Of a stretch of DNA of 64,000 nt, positions 1 to 60,420 are shown piece by piece. Numbering within the stretch: position 1 is the first letter of the stretch; every line of letters begins with the position of its first letter. The position numbers and the translations under genes are program-made. This DNA is from Octopus sinensis (taxonomy: Eukaryota): the NCBI RefSeq assembly GCF_006345805.1, contig NC_042999.1, positions 153,822,001 through 153,886,000 on the forward strand. Direction: 5' to 3'. The notes under the pieces were generated by a model. The model did no database searches. It was given only the letters and a program-made list of their open reading frames with translations, and was not told the origin of the DNA.

Positions 1-745
1 CCAGAACCATGTGGTTGAACTTCTTACCACACAGGCATGCTTGCATGTAGCTGCTATGTATGTATGTGTATATATGTGTGTGTGTGTGCATATGTGTGTG
101 TGTGTATCAACCTCTTTCTCATATATATGCTAAAAATGCGAGCATGGAAACTAATTCTTCTGTAACAGGAGAAAGTCAATTGGAGAGATAGCAAATTATT
201 CAGCAATTAACTCTTTCATTATCATATTTCTGTTGAGATGTTCTGTGTTTGTTTCAATTACTTTAAATATAACAAAGAATTTAGTAGAATCACTTAGCTA
301 TCATTAAGCTAGTGTTAGGAACATAAATTGTGACTAATGTTTGGTGGAAGATTTCAATTAAGAACTTATGAAAAGAAGACATTTGTACTACAGAGCCAGT
401 GGCAATTTCTGCCAGGTTGGTATCAAAAAGGTTAAGAATTGTTTCTCTATTATATATTTTAACACTTTTGTTACCATATTTCTGTTGAGATGCTCTGTGT
501 TTCTTTCAATTAATTTTAAATGTAACAAAGAATTTAGTAAAATCAGTTATCATTAAGCTAGTGTTAGGAACATAAATTGTGACTAAGGTTTGGTAGATGA
601 TTATTAATTCAAAACTTTTGAAAACAAGACATTTGTACCACAAAGCCAAAGGTGGTTTCGACTAGAAACCAAGAGGTAATTCTGCTCAACTAACACACTA
701 TGAATCTCTTTGTATATGGACAAGTTTGCGTTCACATATATCTAT

Positions 746-1190
746 GACATCATCATCGTTTAACGTCCGCTTTCCATGGGTTAGATGATTTGACTGAGGT
801 CTGGTGAACCAGATGGCTGCACCAGGCTCCAATCCGAACTGGCAGAGTTTCTACAGCTGGATGCCCTTCCCAACTCCAACCACTCCGAGAGTGTAGCGGG
901 TGCTTTTGCGTGCCACTGGCACAAGGGCCAATCAAGTGGTACTGACAATGGCCACGCTCAGATGGTGCTTTTTATGTGCCACCTGCACAGGAGCCAGTCC
1001 AGCGGCACTGGCAACAACCTCGCTTCGAATGTTTTTCATGTGCCACCAGCACAGGTGCTAGTAAGGTGACGCAGGTAACGATCACACTTAAATGGTGTTT
1101 TTTAACGTGCCATCAGCATGGAGGCCAGCTTGTTGCTCTGGCAACGATCTCACTTGTATGGTACTCTTTAATGTCTATTTTTCCATGCTT
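746..1190 (-). mobile_element. RTE 3'-UTR-type short element. Other copies at approx. 2290-2500, 4920-5100, 7340-7600, 19820-19995, 22390-22850, 24780-25150, 27590-27860, 36850-37080, 39420-40065, 45080-45230, 46380-46550, 52690-52790, 53990-54370, 56240-56440, 60580-60860
   Basis: Shared GTTGGCGTTAGGAAGGGCATCCAGC...CCAACCCATGCCAGCATGGAAAGCGGACGTTAAAC(GAT)n, with variable ~60-bp internal repeats. Confidence 0.8.
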
Positions 1191-1816
1191 GCATGGAATT
1201 TGTTGAAGCAGATTTTCTACACACTGATGCCCTTCCTGTTGCCAACCCCTCATTTCCAAGAAAGGTAACAATGTTTCCCCCATGCAGAGACACATTTTCA
1301 AAGATGATCGGAAACAAAGGACATCATTTGTATAATGGTGATGTGCTTTTACAACCATCACCCAAGGTCCAAAACAAGGAGACGCACAACACACACACCT
1401 ACAAATACTCAAATACATGATCATCATCCTCGTTTGAATACTCTTTTACTTGTTTCAGTCATTTGACTGCGGCCATGCTGGAGCACCGCCTTTTAGTCGA
1501 GCAAATCAACCCCAGGACTTATTCTTTGTAAGCCTAGTACTTATTCTATCGGTCTCTTTTGCCAAACCACTAAGTTACGGGGATGTAAACACACCAGCAT
1601 CGGTTGTCAAGCAATGTTGGGGGGGACTAACACAGACACATACATATATACAACGGGCTTCTTTCAGTTTCTGTCTACCAAATCCACTCACAAGGCTTTG
1701 GTCGGCCCGACGCTATTGTAGAAGACACTTGCCCAAGGTGTCACGCAGTGGGACTGAACCCAGACCCATGTGGTTGGTGAGCAAGCTACTTACCATATAG
1801 CCACTCCTGTGCTTGC

Positions 1817-1909
1817 ATGGATCAGAAGGAATTTGTTGTGGCAATTGTCTATGGCCAGCTAGGGCAGCTGGCCATAGACAATTGCCACAACAAATTCCTT
1901 CTGATCCAT
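1817..1909. repeat. Perfect 44-bp inverted repeat with a 5-nt loop
   Basis: 1817-1860 is the exact reverse complement of 1866-1909. Confidence 0.95.
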
Positions 1910-4009
1910 CTTGTAGTCACCCCTCACTTTCAGAGAGTGATAGATAATAGATAGATAGACATGCACACATACACTGGATTGAACCCAAATCCACATGGAT
2001 GGGAAGTAAGCTTCATAACCACAGAGCCACACAAATGCCCAAAATTACTGTTAACTTCAGAAAGTAGTTTTATATTCCCCAATCTATCTTTTTGGTGAAG
2101 AATAAGTCATGAACCAATGGTGCTTAGAGAGGAAATACAAATTTGGTGGTGGATAATTAGCATCATTACAAGAACGACCATGAAATTTAATTTACACCAT
2201 TAAAAGGTTAAGTTATATTTAAACTAATTTTTATTAATGACTGTCATACAGTAACGCTCATACACAGTTAACCATCGTTGACGACACCACCACCACTGTC
2301 ATCACTGTTTCCTGTCCACTTTCCATGTCAGTATGGGTTGGACAGGGGGTCCAATGAGTTGGACGACAATTTCTAGCACCGATGTCTTAGTTTTGGTATT
2401 GTTTCTGTGGCTGGATGCTCTTCCTAATGCCAAATGCTTTACAAAGGGTACTGGGTGCTTTTACTTTTTTGTGGTCCCAGCACCAACATTAGAGCAAGTG
2501 AAGCAGCCATATACACCTATGTTCTTAGCACTATACTGGTAGCTTTTGCATCATACCATTTCCATCGTAGTTCCAACGTTACGTATGATGTAATTAGTAA
2601 CAGATACCCATTAAAGAAAACAGCTGTTAAAGTCATTGACATTAAATATAACTCTCATAGAAGCAGCTCTATAATGAATTTAATTAATTCAGCCGGGTGT
2701 TTGTGTGTAGGCATGTGTGTGGGCTTTCATAGGTGTATATCTTCTTTCTTTTAGTTACTTAAGTCATTAGACTGTGGCCATGCTGGGGCATCACCTCGAA
2801 GAATTTTTACTAAAATGAATTGTACTTATTTTTCTAAAAATATTTATGAAAAGCACTTTCGTTAAAGCTTGGTACATATTTAATGCTCTTAATTGTCAAA
2901 CTGCTAAGTTACTGGGGATGTGAACGCATCAACACCAGTTGGCAAACGGCAACAGAGGCCAAACGCACACATAGAATCACCTTCTTTCAGTTTCCATCTA
3001 CTAAAACCATTGGCAAGGTTTTGGTCAAACCAGAGCTATAGCAGAAGACACTTGCTCAAAGTGCCATGCAGTGGGTCTGAACCAGGAACTGTGTGGTTGG
3101 GAAACAAGCCTTTTACACATAGCCACGCTGGCACCTAGCCATATAGATATATATTTTGAAAGGTAGATAAACAAGTAAAAAGATAGTTAGATAGAGGAAA
3201 CTGGAAAATTAATTAATTCATATGCTCATGTGTGTTTGTATGTGTGTATTGAAAGATAGATAGATAAAAAGATAACTATTATAGTTCAGAAAGTTCTATG
3301 ATACTTATGGAGTTAGCTTCAGAGAAATCAATATCTCTTAATGATAGACAGGCAAATATCATTAACAAGCGTTAACGAGCAGATAAACAAACAGATCACT
3401 ATCCGAGGTAGATAGAGTTTCCTTGTAATTGCAAGTTACAGGGAAATATTAACTAAGAATAATAATATTCAGAGACTATGAGAATTTAAATAAATCCTCT
3501 TGCTTAACCAAAGCCAACATAGAAAAACAACAACAACAAAAAAAAAAAACATGTTTCAGTGAATGAATGGCAATCATTCCCATGAGCACCCACAGACAGT
3601 CAAGAAGCAGAATAATTAATGTGCTAATTTTAACGAATAAAAGTAAAAAAAGAAAAATGAAACTTTACACTCATACTTATATGAAAGTAAACTACTTCAA
3701 TTTTAAACTATTAGGTACAGGTGTGGCTGTGTGATAACAAGCTTGTTTTCAAAGCACATGGTTGCTGCCCAGTTTTTAGTTTCTTTCTGTGATGAGGGTT
3801 CATTTGGGACTTTGGCCAGCAGGAAGTCAAGCTGTTTCTTGAAAACATCTATCCCTACTCCATGTAGAACGTTCCTTCCACACAGCTACTCCTGCACCTA
3901 TATATATATATATATATATATATACATACATACATATATATATACATACATACATATATACATACATACATACATATATACATACATATATACATACATA
4001 CATACATAT

Positions 4010-4072
<63 letters not shown>

Positions 4073-4230
4073 TATGTATATACAACAGGCTTCATTCAGT
4101 TTCCTTCTACCAAATCCACTCAAAAGGCTCGAGGTTATAGTAGAAGACTCTTGCCCAAGCTGCCACATAGTGGGACTGAACACAGAACCATGTGGTTGGG
4201 AAGCATCTTACCACACAGCCTCTCCTGCAC

Positions 4231-4814
<584 letters not shown>

Positions 4815-6335
4815 TAATTTTTTCTCCGCTTCATTATTTTCTACATCAGATACCCCATGTTTTATTTTTATTATACTCAGCAATTACAAAATTATGCATA
4901 TTAATAATTGTAATCATTATCCTCATCTAACATCTGTTTTCCATGCTGGCATGGGTTGAACAGTTTAGCAAGAGCTGCACCAGGTTCTAGTTGTGTGCAT
5001 TGGTATGGATTCTACAGCTGGATACTCTTCCTAAAGCCAAACACTTTACAGAGTGTACTGGATGCTTTTTACCTACAACCAGCACCAACAGGGTCACCAA
5101 GTGACTTGCATAACAAAATTGAACCTGGAACCATGTGGTTAGGAAACAGACTTCTTACCACAGAAGTAAATTTATTTGTTCAAAAATACCAGAAAAAAAA
5201 AAAGAAAAAAAGTTTCAAGAAACCACTATAATAGTGAATAAACACAGATATTTTTTGTTTCTTTGTGGTTAGTTACACTTGAGGAAGTGTGAAAGAGGCA
5301 AAATAGGTGAGGGGGAACATTGGATAAAAAGAAATTTTACTGTCTGAGGTCAACGTTGAATCACTGTGAAAGAGCATCAAAGAAGAAAAGAAGAAGGAAG
5401 AGGAAGAGAAGAAATTAAAAAGGAGAAGCACATTTGCATTGTCAATTAGATTGTGATTAGTGTCAGAATGTAGGAAACTAGAGAGTGAGAAGTATAGGGT
5501 GGCCTATAAAAAGAGATGTTTCAAACACCATCTGTAAGTACTAGACATATTGGGAAATATAATAAACAAGAGAGAGAGAGGGGGTGGGAGAGCCAGAGTG
5601 GAGGAGGGGGAAGAGAAGATAGAGAGAGATGCAAAGAGTCAGGAGATTCACAATTAAATGGTAGCTGAGTAAAAGGTCAAGAGCAGAAACAATGACGTCT
5701 TGGACACAAAGTACTACACTTAGATTGTGTGTGTGTGTGTGTGTGTGTGAGAGAGTGTGTGTGTGCGAATGAGAGAGAGAGAGAGAGAGGGAGGTATCGA
5801 AATTATTTTTCACACACATTTATTCATAAGGAAACTCACTCTTATACATAAAGAAAAAGAGAAAATAAGGTTAAAAATCTAAGAACTTCCCTTCCTTTGT
5901 TCAACTGAAGGTACAGTGTGAATGGCTTAAGTCTTTTGCTAATAGATGAAATGATGGTTTTCACTAAACAATTCTTTGCAGTTTAAAAAGCTAAGAAAAC
6001 ATTAACAAAGCAGGAAGGGCAATGACCCAAACATGCTCCCACTTGGATCATGATGACCCATCCAACCTATACTGGCAAGGAAAATGAGTATAAAATAATG
6101 ATGGTGACTGTGGCCATGTAGTTAAGAAGTTCATTTTGCAATAATGTAATTCTAGGTTCAATCTCACATCACAGTAACTCAGGTAGAAGTACAAGCTTGG
6201 CCAAATGTCGTGAATGGGTCTGAAATTTTAATAAACTTTTTTAATTACTTTCTTTTTGATTTTTCACACCCATCCTATTTCAATGCCAAGGTAATCAACC
6301 TCAACAGAAGGAACAGAAAAAAAAAAAAAAAACTA

Positions 6336-52164
<45,829 letters not shown>

Positions 52165-54764
52165 CTGAAATAGCAAATGATAAAGAAAAAAATGTGATCA
52201 ATTAAGTGAAACCAGAACAGTAATTAGAGATAAGGAGAAACAAAACAAAACTAAGATATAATGGAATACAAGCAAAAAAAAAATAAAATGAAAATTTAAT
52301 CCTTCAAGCATTTAAACAGGCTATGTTCAGCCAAAATATACTGCTACTGTTAATGTGGAATCCATTACAACAAGTTGGATGGTCAGGTTGTAGGCAATTA
52401 AACCGGCACCCCCACTGAGGCGGCCCGGTGAGGAAGGTTGCAAGAGACTTAGTAGGACTAAATTTAAGACCTGTGAAAATTAGGGATGAACTTAGTGTAG
52501 GCTCAACTATCATGGGCCCTCAGAAATTCTGGGTTGTTGTGTGGAATACTGGAAGACTACTGGAAATGAAGCACCTCCTAACTTATGTTAACTTTTACAT
52601 TACTGTATTTATTTTGAGATGTTCTGAGTTTCTTTCAATTACTTTAAATATAACAAAGAGTTTAGTAAAATAACTTAGTTATCATTCAACCAAATCAGAC
52701 AATGGAACCTGGTGCAGCTCCAGGTTTTGCCAGTGGCTGTCAGACTGTCCAACTCATACCAGCATGGAAAATGGACATATGATGATGATGGAAACAGCTG
52801 TAGAGCAGAACAAATGAAATGCCTGAAATACCATTGAAAATCAATTGTTTTCTATTCTTCCCATTTTGTAATTCTCTAAAATCCTATCAAGCTGTAACTT
52901 GCAATTTAATCTCAAGCATAGATGCACTCTCATACTAAATAGATAGGATGTGACAACTAGAGAGAGGGAGAGAGAGAGACATTATATAGGGACTCCTTTT
53001 TAGGCAAGTAGACCAGAGCAACATGAAACAACGTACCTTGTACATAAGGACAAACGTCCTACCTGGTTCAGGAATTGAACTTGTGAATATATGACATTGA
53101 GCCCAACGTATATACATATGTGTATGTGTGTGTATATATATATATATATATATAGTTCTCCAAATTTAGTGCCAAATATACATTATTTGAGCCACAAGTG
53201 TCAATGTCAGCCACTTGTTTAAAGAGGGCCCCATCAACCATGTAGTTTGAGTGGCAGTTATTTACAAAGCCATTAACTTAAGCAAATGAAAATTCATTTA
53301 TTGCCTTCCCCAGTGGCTGTGGTTTTGTCAGAATTCACAAGTTTCAGCTCAACAGTCAAACACTTTAAATATACAGCGATTAGAGATATATGAATAGATA
53401 TGAAATGAAATGAAGTGTTGAAACAATGTCAGCAAGCTAAGGATCAAACAGACACGCTGCAACCCTTTTAAAACTAACAATATTCAGGTGTGGCTGCCTA
53501 TTAACCCAGCCTATTAAAGACCTGCGAGTGGATTTGGTAGATAGTAACTAAAAAGGGTAGCTGGTCCTACACAGGCCTTCACCACTGAAAATAATTATCT
53601 GGCTGTCAGATACTCAGATGCTGCAGCTAATGGTTAAATGAATGAATGTACTTATAAACTAGTGGCACCATCATAAAAGTGGTCTCTAATCTTCCACGAT
53701 AAAATGTCCAGCTTATTGATTTTATCACAAAACCTGTAATTTTGAGGGAATGATGGAAAGGGTGTTAGTATATAGCATCGACCCCAATATTTGATTGGTA
53801 CTTTATTTTAGCAACTCTAAGCAGGATTTGAACTCAAAATGCAATGTGAAGTGTCAGAGCAAACAATGCAAAGTAATTTTTCTGACACACAAAAGATTCT
53901 GATACCCTGTTGCTGCCAAAAGAACAAATAATTCCAAGAGAGGATTGAACTCAAAACTTCTAAGTTGATAGTCCAATACTTCAGCCATCATCATCATCAT
54001 TTAACATCTGCTTTCCATGCATTGGATGGTGTAACTGAAAACTGGTAACCTGCACCAAGTTCCAATCTGATTTTGCAAGGTTTCTATAGTTAGATGCCCT
54101 TCCTGATGCCAACCGCTCAGAGTACAGTGCGTGCTTTAGCATGCCACTGGCATGAGTGCCATTGACTTGACACCAGCATTGGCCATAACTACGGTTTTAC
54201 TTGGCTTGACAGGTCTACACAAGCATGGCATATTGCCAAACGCCTTGGTCACCTGTCACTGCCTCCGTAAGGCCCAACACTCAAACGGTGCTTTTTACGT
54301 GCCACCAGAACAGGTGCCAGTCAGATGGCACTGGCATCGGCCACGACTACGATTTCACTTGGTTCAACAGTTCTAATGGACATTTAAATAAAACCAAATA
54401 GCTGATTTGATTACTGATGTGAGGAAGATATTGAAAGCCAGATAAAATGTCTCCTCCGTAAACAAGCACAAGTAGAAAAAAAGAAAAATTCGACAGCAAT
54501 CAATCAATTTAAGGAAAAATACAATATTTCCTCAAAGCATTCTGTAAATCGGATTGTACAAAGGAAGCATTAAAATTGATTTTTTTTTTTTCGTTTTTAA
54601 TAGATGCATTAAGTTAATGGGGGAAACTTCACAATGTAAAATGTGTCAATGTTTACACTGCTAGCAATAAGAGCAGGGTACACTGAAACAGTTACAAGGC
54701 ATTCATCTAAAAAGCTTTATAGTAAAGTGACACCAGGACACAAAATTAATGTTAATAATAGTAA

Positions 54765-55640
54765 TAATAATGATTTCAAATTTTAGCACAAGACCAGCAA
54801 TTTTGGATGGTATGGGGGGGGGGGGGAGTCAAGTCAATTATATTGACCCCAGTGCTAAACTGGTACTGATTTTATTGACCATGAAAGGGTGAAAGGTAAA
54901 GTCAACCTCGGCAGAATTTGAACTCATAATGTAGCGACAGGAGAAATATTGCTAAGCATTTCGCCCGGCGTGCTATCAATTCTGCCAGCTTGCTACCATA
55001 ATAATAATGATAATAATAATAAATAATCCTTTCTTCCAAAGGCACAAGGCCTGAAATTTGGGAGTGGAGGAGGAGGTGGGGAGAGACTAGCCGATTATAT
55101 TGACCCCAGTGTTTATCAACCCTGAAAGAATGAAAGGCAAAGTCGACTTCAATGGAATTTGAACTCAGAACACAAAGATGGACGAAATGCCGCTAAGCAT
55201 TTTGCTCAGCATGCTAACAATTCTACCAGCTTGCCGCCTTAATAATAATAATAATAATAATAAAGGACAAGGCCTCAAATTTGGGGGAAGGGATTAGGTT
55301 GATTACATCAACTCCAGTGCTCAACTGGTACTTATTTTATTGACCATGAAAGGATGAAAGGTAAAGTCAACCTTGGCAGAATTTGAACTCAGAATGTAGT
55401 GACAGGTGGAATGTAGCTAAGCATTTTGTCCAGCATGCTAATGACTCAGCCAGCTTGCCACCTTAATAATAATAATAATAGTCCTCTCTGAAATTTTGGA
55501 TGAGTTGGGGGGCAGTTGATTACACTGATCGCACTACTTGACTGAGACTTAAGACAAAGTTGACCTCAGTGGAATTTGAGCTCAGAGTCTAAAGAGCAAA
55601 AAGATCTGCTGCTAAGCAATTTGTCTGATGTGCTAACAAT
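54765..55640 (-). mobile_element. Head-to-tail cluster of 4 family-D SINEs separated by (AAT)n; similar copies at ~17190-17760(+), 18730-18965, 48665-48890, 49930-50165
   Basis: Repeated gcatttcgcccggcgtgctaac...ctgccagct heads followed by aataataat. Confidence 0.8.
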
Positions 55641-56639
55641 TTTGCCAGCAGGAATTGCTTTCTGTAACTTCTCAGTTGTAAAATAAATATTTCATTATTA
55701 GTGAAGAGAACAAAATAGAACTGACAAAAAAAAATTAATATAAAGAAAGAAAAAAAAAACAAAGCAAAGTCTGACAGAAGATTACCTTCTTGTGAAGAAT
55801 CGCCAAGATATTTGGATGAGACAGAAATGGATATGAGGAATTAATCCTCTCCTTCCACAAAGAGTAATTTTATACTAATTTAAAGGCTTCTTATAAAAGC
55901 AGAGAGGTAATTAGATAAAATTTATCCTAAGGTATTTCAAGTGTAGAATTTCTATGCATCAATTTGCTATAAAGTTCCAGTTAGAAAGAGGGGAAAAAAA
56001 TAAATGTAAAAATAATAACCATTAACCACATTAGAAGATAATATATTTCTCAATTTGTAACAAGTTCACCCTTCGACGACCTCTATTACTTACAAATGGT
56101 CATAAATTTTCCATTTATTTGTAACTAATTTTGCTATCTGAGATTTCAACTGATGAGATGTGTGATATTAAATAAAGATCAAATTTTTGCGATCAGTGCA
56201 TCAGGTAAGACATGAAAATGAAGAACCCTCACCACCACCACTGTTCAACATCAGTTTTCCATGCTGGTATGGGTCAGATGGTCTGACAGGACCTGGTAAG
56301 TCACAGGGTCACATCAAATTCCAGCATCAATTTTGGCATGGTTTCGGTGGCTGGATGCTCTTCCTAATCTCACCTCTTTACAGTGAGCACTGGGTGCATT
56401 TTCTCCATGCCACTGGCGCTAGTGAGGTCACCAAGTTATTAGTAAGATGAGAAAATAAAAACAAGAAAAAGGAAAACAGGAAAAACCCCATCAACTATGG
56501 CAAACTTAAACAGACGATACCGAATGAAAAAAATACCAAATAAATTTCATTAGTTTTCAACATCAAAAACTCCTTTTAGTTATCATCATGATATTAAATA
56601 GCATTAGTTTTGAAATACATTTTACTATACCAACATAGA

Positions 56640-57430
56640 ACAGTATACATGCCCCAACACATATTTCATACTAGTATGAAAAATGTGTTGGGACACATAT
56701 AGTAAAGCTATAGTTGAAACAGTAACTGTCGTTATAACACTACTGAAAGTGTCAATGAATATTTCATGACTACTATTGTACATAACACATTTCATGGATT
56801 TATATTCCACATACAGTAACTATAGCACTTCAGCAAATATTTCATAGAACAATAACTGTAGTACTATCATACATAACATATTCTATACTTCATATTCAGT
56901 AAATGTAGCACTCGGGCACATTTTGCAACACATATTTCATAGTTAGAACATTAACTGTAGTACTATCATACATAACATATTCCATATTGTATATTCAGTA
57001 ACAATAGCACTCCATACATAACATATTTCATGAATACTATCGTACATAATACATTTCATGGTTTTGTATTCCACTTACAGTAACTATAGCACTTTGCATA
57101 TTTTTCAACAAATATTTCATAGAACAATAACTGTAATGCTATCATACATAACATATTCCTTACTTTATATTCGGTAACTATAGCACATTTTGCAACACAT
57201 ATTTCATAGAACAATAACATGTATTTCATAGTTTAACATTTCATAGTCAGCAACTACAGCACTATTGTCCGTGTCTGCACACATTTCATGGATGGAACAA
57301 CTATAGCTCTATAGAACATACCAACATATATTTAATGATTGGAATACTGAGTACATCACTATAGTAGATTCTCTATACATATTTCATAGCTGAAATAGTA
57401 ACTATAGTACTCTAATACATGTTTCAACAT
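56640..57430. repeat. Degenerate AT-rich minisatellite with higher-order structure
   Basis: Recurring catatttcatag...actatcatacataacatattc...cagtaactatagcac units of ~80-100 bp. Confidence 0.75.
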
Positions 57431-59184
57431 GGTTGGAACAGCCAGGGAATGGTATTATCTTTTATCTTTTACTTGTTACAATCATTAGACTGTGGCAATG
57501 CTGGGGCACCTCCTTGAAGAATTTTATTTGAATGAATTGATTCCAGTACTTATTTTTTAAAGTCCGGTGGTACTTCTATTGGTTTCTCCCTCTGAATTGC
57601 TACATTATGGGGATGTAAACAAACCAAAACTGGTTCTCAAGCAGTGGCGGGGGACAAACACATACACACACATGATGGGCTTCTTTCAATTTCCATCTAC
57701 CCAAATCAACTCACAAGTCTCTGGTTGGCTAAAGGCTATAGAAAACACTTGTCTAAGGTGCCATGCAATGGGACTGAACCCAGAACTGTGTGGCTGGGAA
57801 GCAAACATTTTATCACACAGCCGCTCTACAGTTCTCAACACACATTTCACATGGCATGGTTAGAACCTTCAGTAAATACAGCATAATTCTATGTGTCTTA
57901 ATGCATCCTTTTCATATGACTGTTGGTTGGTTTCCTATGGCTGAAAGCTATTTTATGTTCCAATGCCATAATGTGATGTGACTGGCACTGTTTACCATTA
58001 CATCAACAGGAAAAAAAATGTGTGTCTTCTTAGAGGTTTTTCTAATCTATGTCAGTTTACTTTGCCAAGAACAAAAATGATAACAGTTTCTCTGTATCTA
58101 CCTTAGCATTAAACTTGACCTGAGAGGGGAGTTCTTTTCCTGTCAGAGTACAGGCAGGTGGGGGACAGAGTAAGGGAAAACAGAATACCTCTAAGATTAT
58201 CACAAATTCATTTCCACTTTATCTCCATAAAATTCCTTATTTTGAACCCCCAAGCAAGTTGGTGATATACAAGGAACTTGGCTACTGTAAACATATTTCA
58301 GACTAACAGTCAAATTATTGTACAGTAAGATGTAAGGCCATAAAAATGCCAAAATAAGACTTTAATTCTGATTGGAGCCCAAATTGAAAGCAAACAGGGA
58401 AAAAAAAAGTTTAACACTTTTGTAACCATATTACCTTTCTTTCAATCAATTTTCAAAATAATGAAGAATTTTTAAAAAAACAGCGATAATCAAGCTAGCA
58501 TTTAAAGCATAAAATGGCATGAAATTTTGAGGGAATACTCTTTACTCTTTTACTTGTTTCAGTCATTTGACTGTGGTCATGCTGGAGCACTGCCTTTAGT
58601 TGAGCAAATCGACCCCAGGACTTATTCTTTGTAAGCCTAGTATTTATATTATCGGTCTCTTTTGCCAAACCGCTAAGTTACGGGGATGTAAACACATCAG
58701 CATCGGTTGTCAAGTGATGTTGGGGGGACGAATACAGACACAGAAACATACACACATATATATACATATATACGATGAGTTTCTTTCAGTTTCTGTTTAC
58801 CAAATCCACTCACAAGGCTTTGGTCGGCCCGAGGCTATAGTAGAACACACTTGCCCAAGATGCCATGCAGTGGAACTGAACCTGGAACCATTTGGTTGGT
58901 AAGTAAGCTACTTCCCACACAGCCATTCCTATGTTTTAACTTAGATTATTTTAACCCTTTAGTTACCATATTTCTGTTGAAACCCCCAGCCTCTGTTTCA
59001 ATTAATTTTGAAAATAACGAGGAATTTAGTAAAATAATTATCATTATTAAATTAGTGTTTGAAATATAAATTTACATGAAATTTTAATAGATTCCAATTT
59101 AGATCGCTTTAAAACAGGAAGTATGATTCATAGAACCAACCAGACAGTCCCCAGTTGGTTAGTATCAAGAGAATTAATGTAGTT

Positions 59185-59450
59185 CAGATGAAGAAATGTA
59201 TATGGTCTGTTGGATGAAGTGGATAATGAAATGCGTTGTTTGATCTGTTGGATGGTAGAGATGATACATGTAAGAAATAGATATCATATACTGAATGGTA
59301 TGAATGTTGAAGAAATAAAGTCTGTTGAATGGTGTGATAATGAAGAAATGTATATCATGTATTGAACAGTATGAATATTTAAGAAAAATGCAAAACCTGT
59401 TGGATGGTAAGAATGATGAAAAAATGTGAGTGGCCTGTGGGATGGTTTGG
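59185..59450. repeat. Decayed ~40-bp minisatellite
   Basis: Recurring gaagaaatg...ctgttggatggt motifs. Confidence 0.5.
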
Positions 59451-59934
59451 CAATTTGTCATCTGGTAAGAATCAGAAACAATAATTCTCTAAGTTGAGGA
59501 AAATATATTAAACCCTTTCATTACCATCCTGGCTGAAACTGGCTCTGGCTCTTTAGTATAAATGTCTTGTTTTTATAAGTTTTGAATTAAAATCTTCCAC
59601 CAAACCTTAGTGACAATTTATATTCCTAACACTAGCTTAATGATAACTAAGTTATTTTATTAAATTCTTTGTTATATTTAAAGTAATTGAAAGAAATACA
59701 GAGCATCTCAAAATAAATACAGTAACAAAAGGGTTAAGGATGATGGTTGAAAAGTGAGAAAAAAATTCAATTAAGGATGCATGAAGTATGACCATGTGGC
59801 TAAGATGTTCACTTTCATCCCATGTGGCTGTTGGTTCAATTCCAGTTTGCAACAACACAAGCAAATGTCTTCTACCATACTGGGTTGATTAATTTTAAGT
59901 AAGTAGAATAGAGCCTGGTTCAGCCTCCTTGCTT

Positions 59935-60420
59935 GCCAGTCCTTAGCAAGCCATCCAACACATGCCAGCATGGAAAGCAGACATTTAAACGGTGATGATG
60001 ACGATGGAAACTGTGCTTGAATGGTGCTTACTGCATGCCACCAGCATGGGTGCCAATCAGGCGGTACTGTCATCGACCACAACAATTACTTCATTTGACT
60101 CAACAGGTCTTCACAAGTGCAGTTTATTGCCCAATGACTGAAGGGTACTCTTAAATGGGCCAGTTATGCTGCACTGGTGTAGGCCACGGTAACAGTCTCA
60201 CTTGACTTGCTCGGTCTTCTCAAGCACAGCATTTCTCCAAAGGTCTCGGTCACTTTTCACCTCGGTGAGGCCCAACAGCCAAAGGTGGTGCTTCACCTCA
60301 TCCTAGGTCTTCTTGGATCTACTGCTTCCACAAGTTCCCTCTACTGCTAGGGTGTGACACTTTCACACAACTGTCCACATCCATACACAACACATGATCA
60401 TACCAGCACAGTCGTCTGTC
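59935..60420 (-). mobile_element. 5'-truncated RTE LINE (ORF2 C-terminus + 3' UTR)
   Basis: GVRDRRLCWYDHVLCMDVDSCVKKCHTLAVEGTCGSSRSKKT*DEV, then LGLTE and the 3' UTR shared with many short copies. Confidence 0.75.

Noticed and set aside
55786-55845. Candidate upstream AHCYL exon ending ...SSQE(G)|gtaatc in the right phase
   Set aside because: No similarity to the expected FGRREIEIAEQ, in-frame stop 19 codons upstream, no acceptor or ATG
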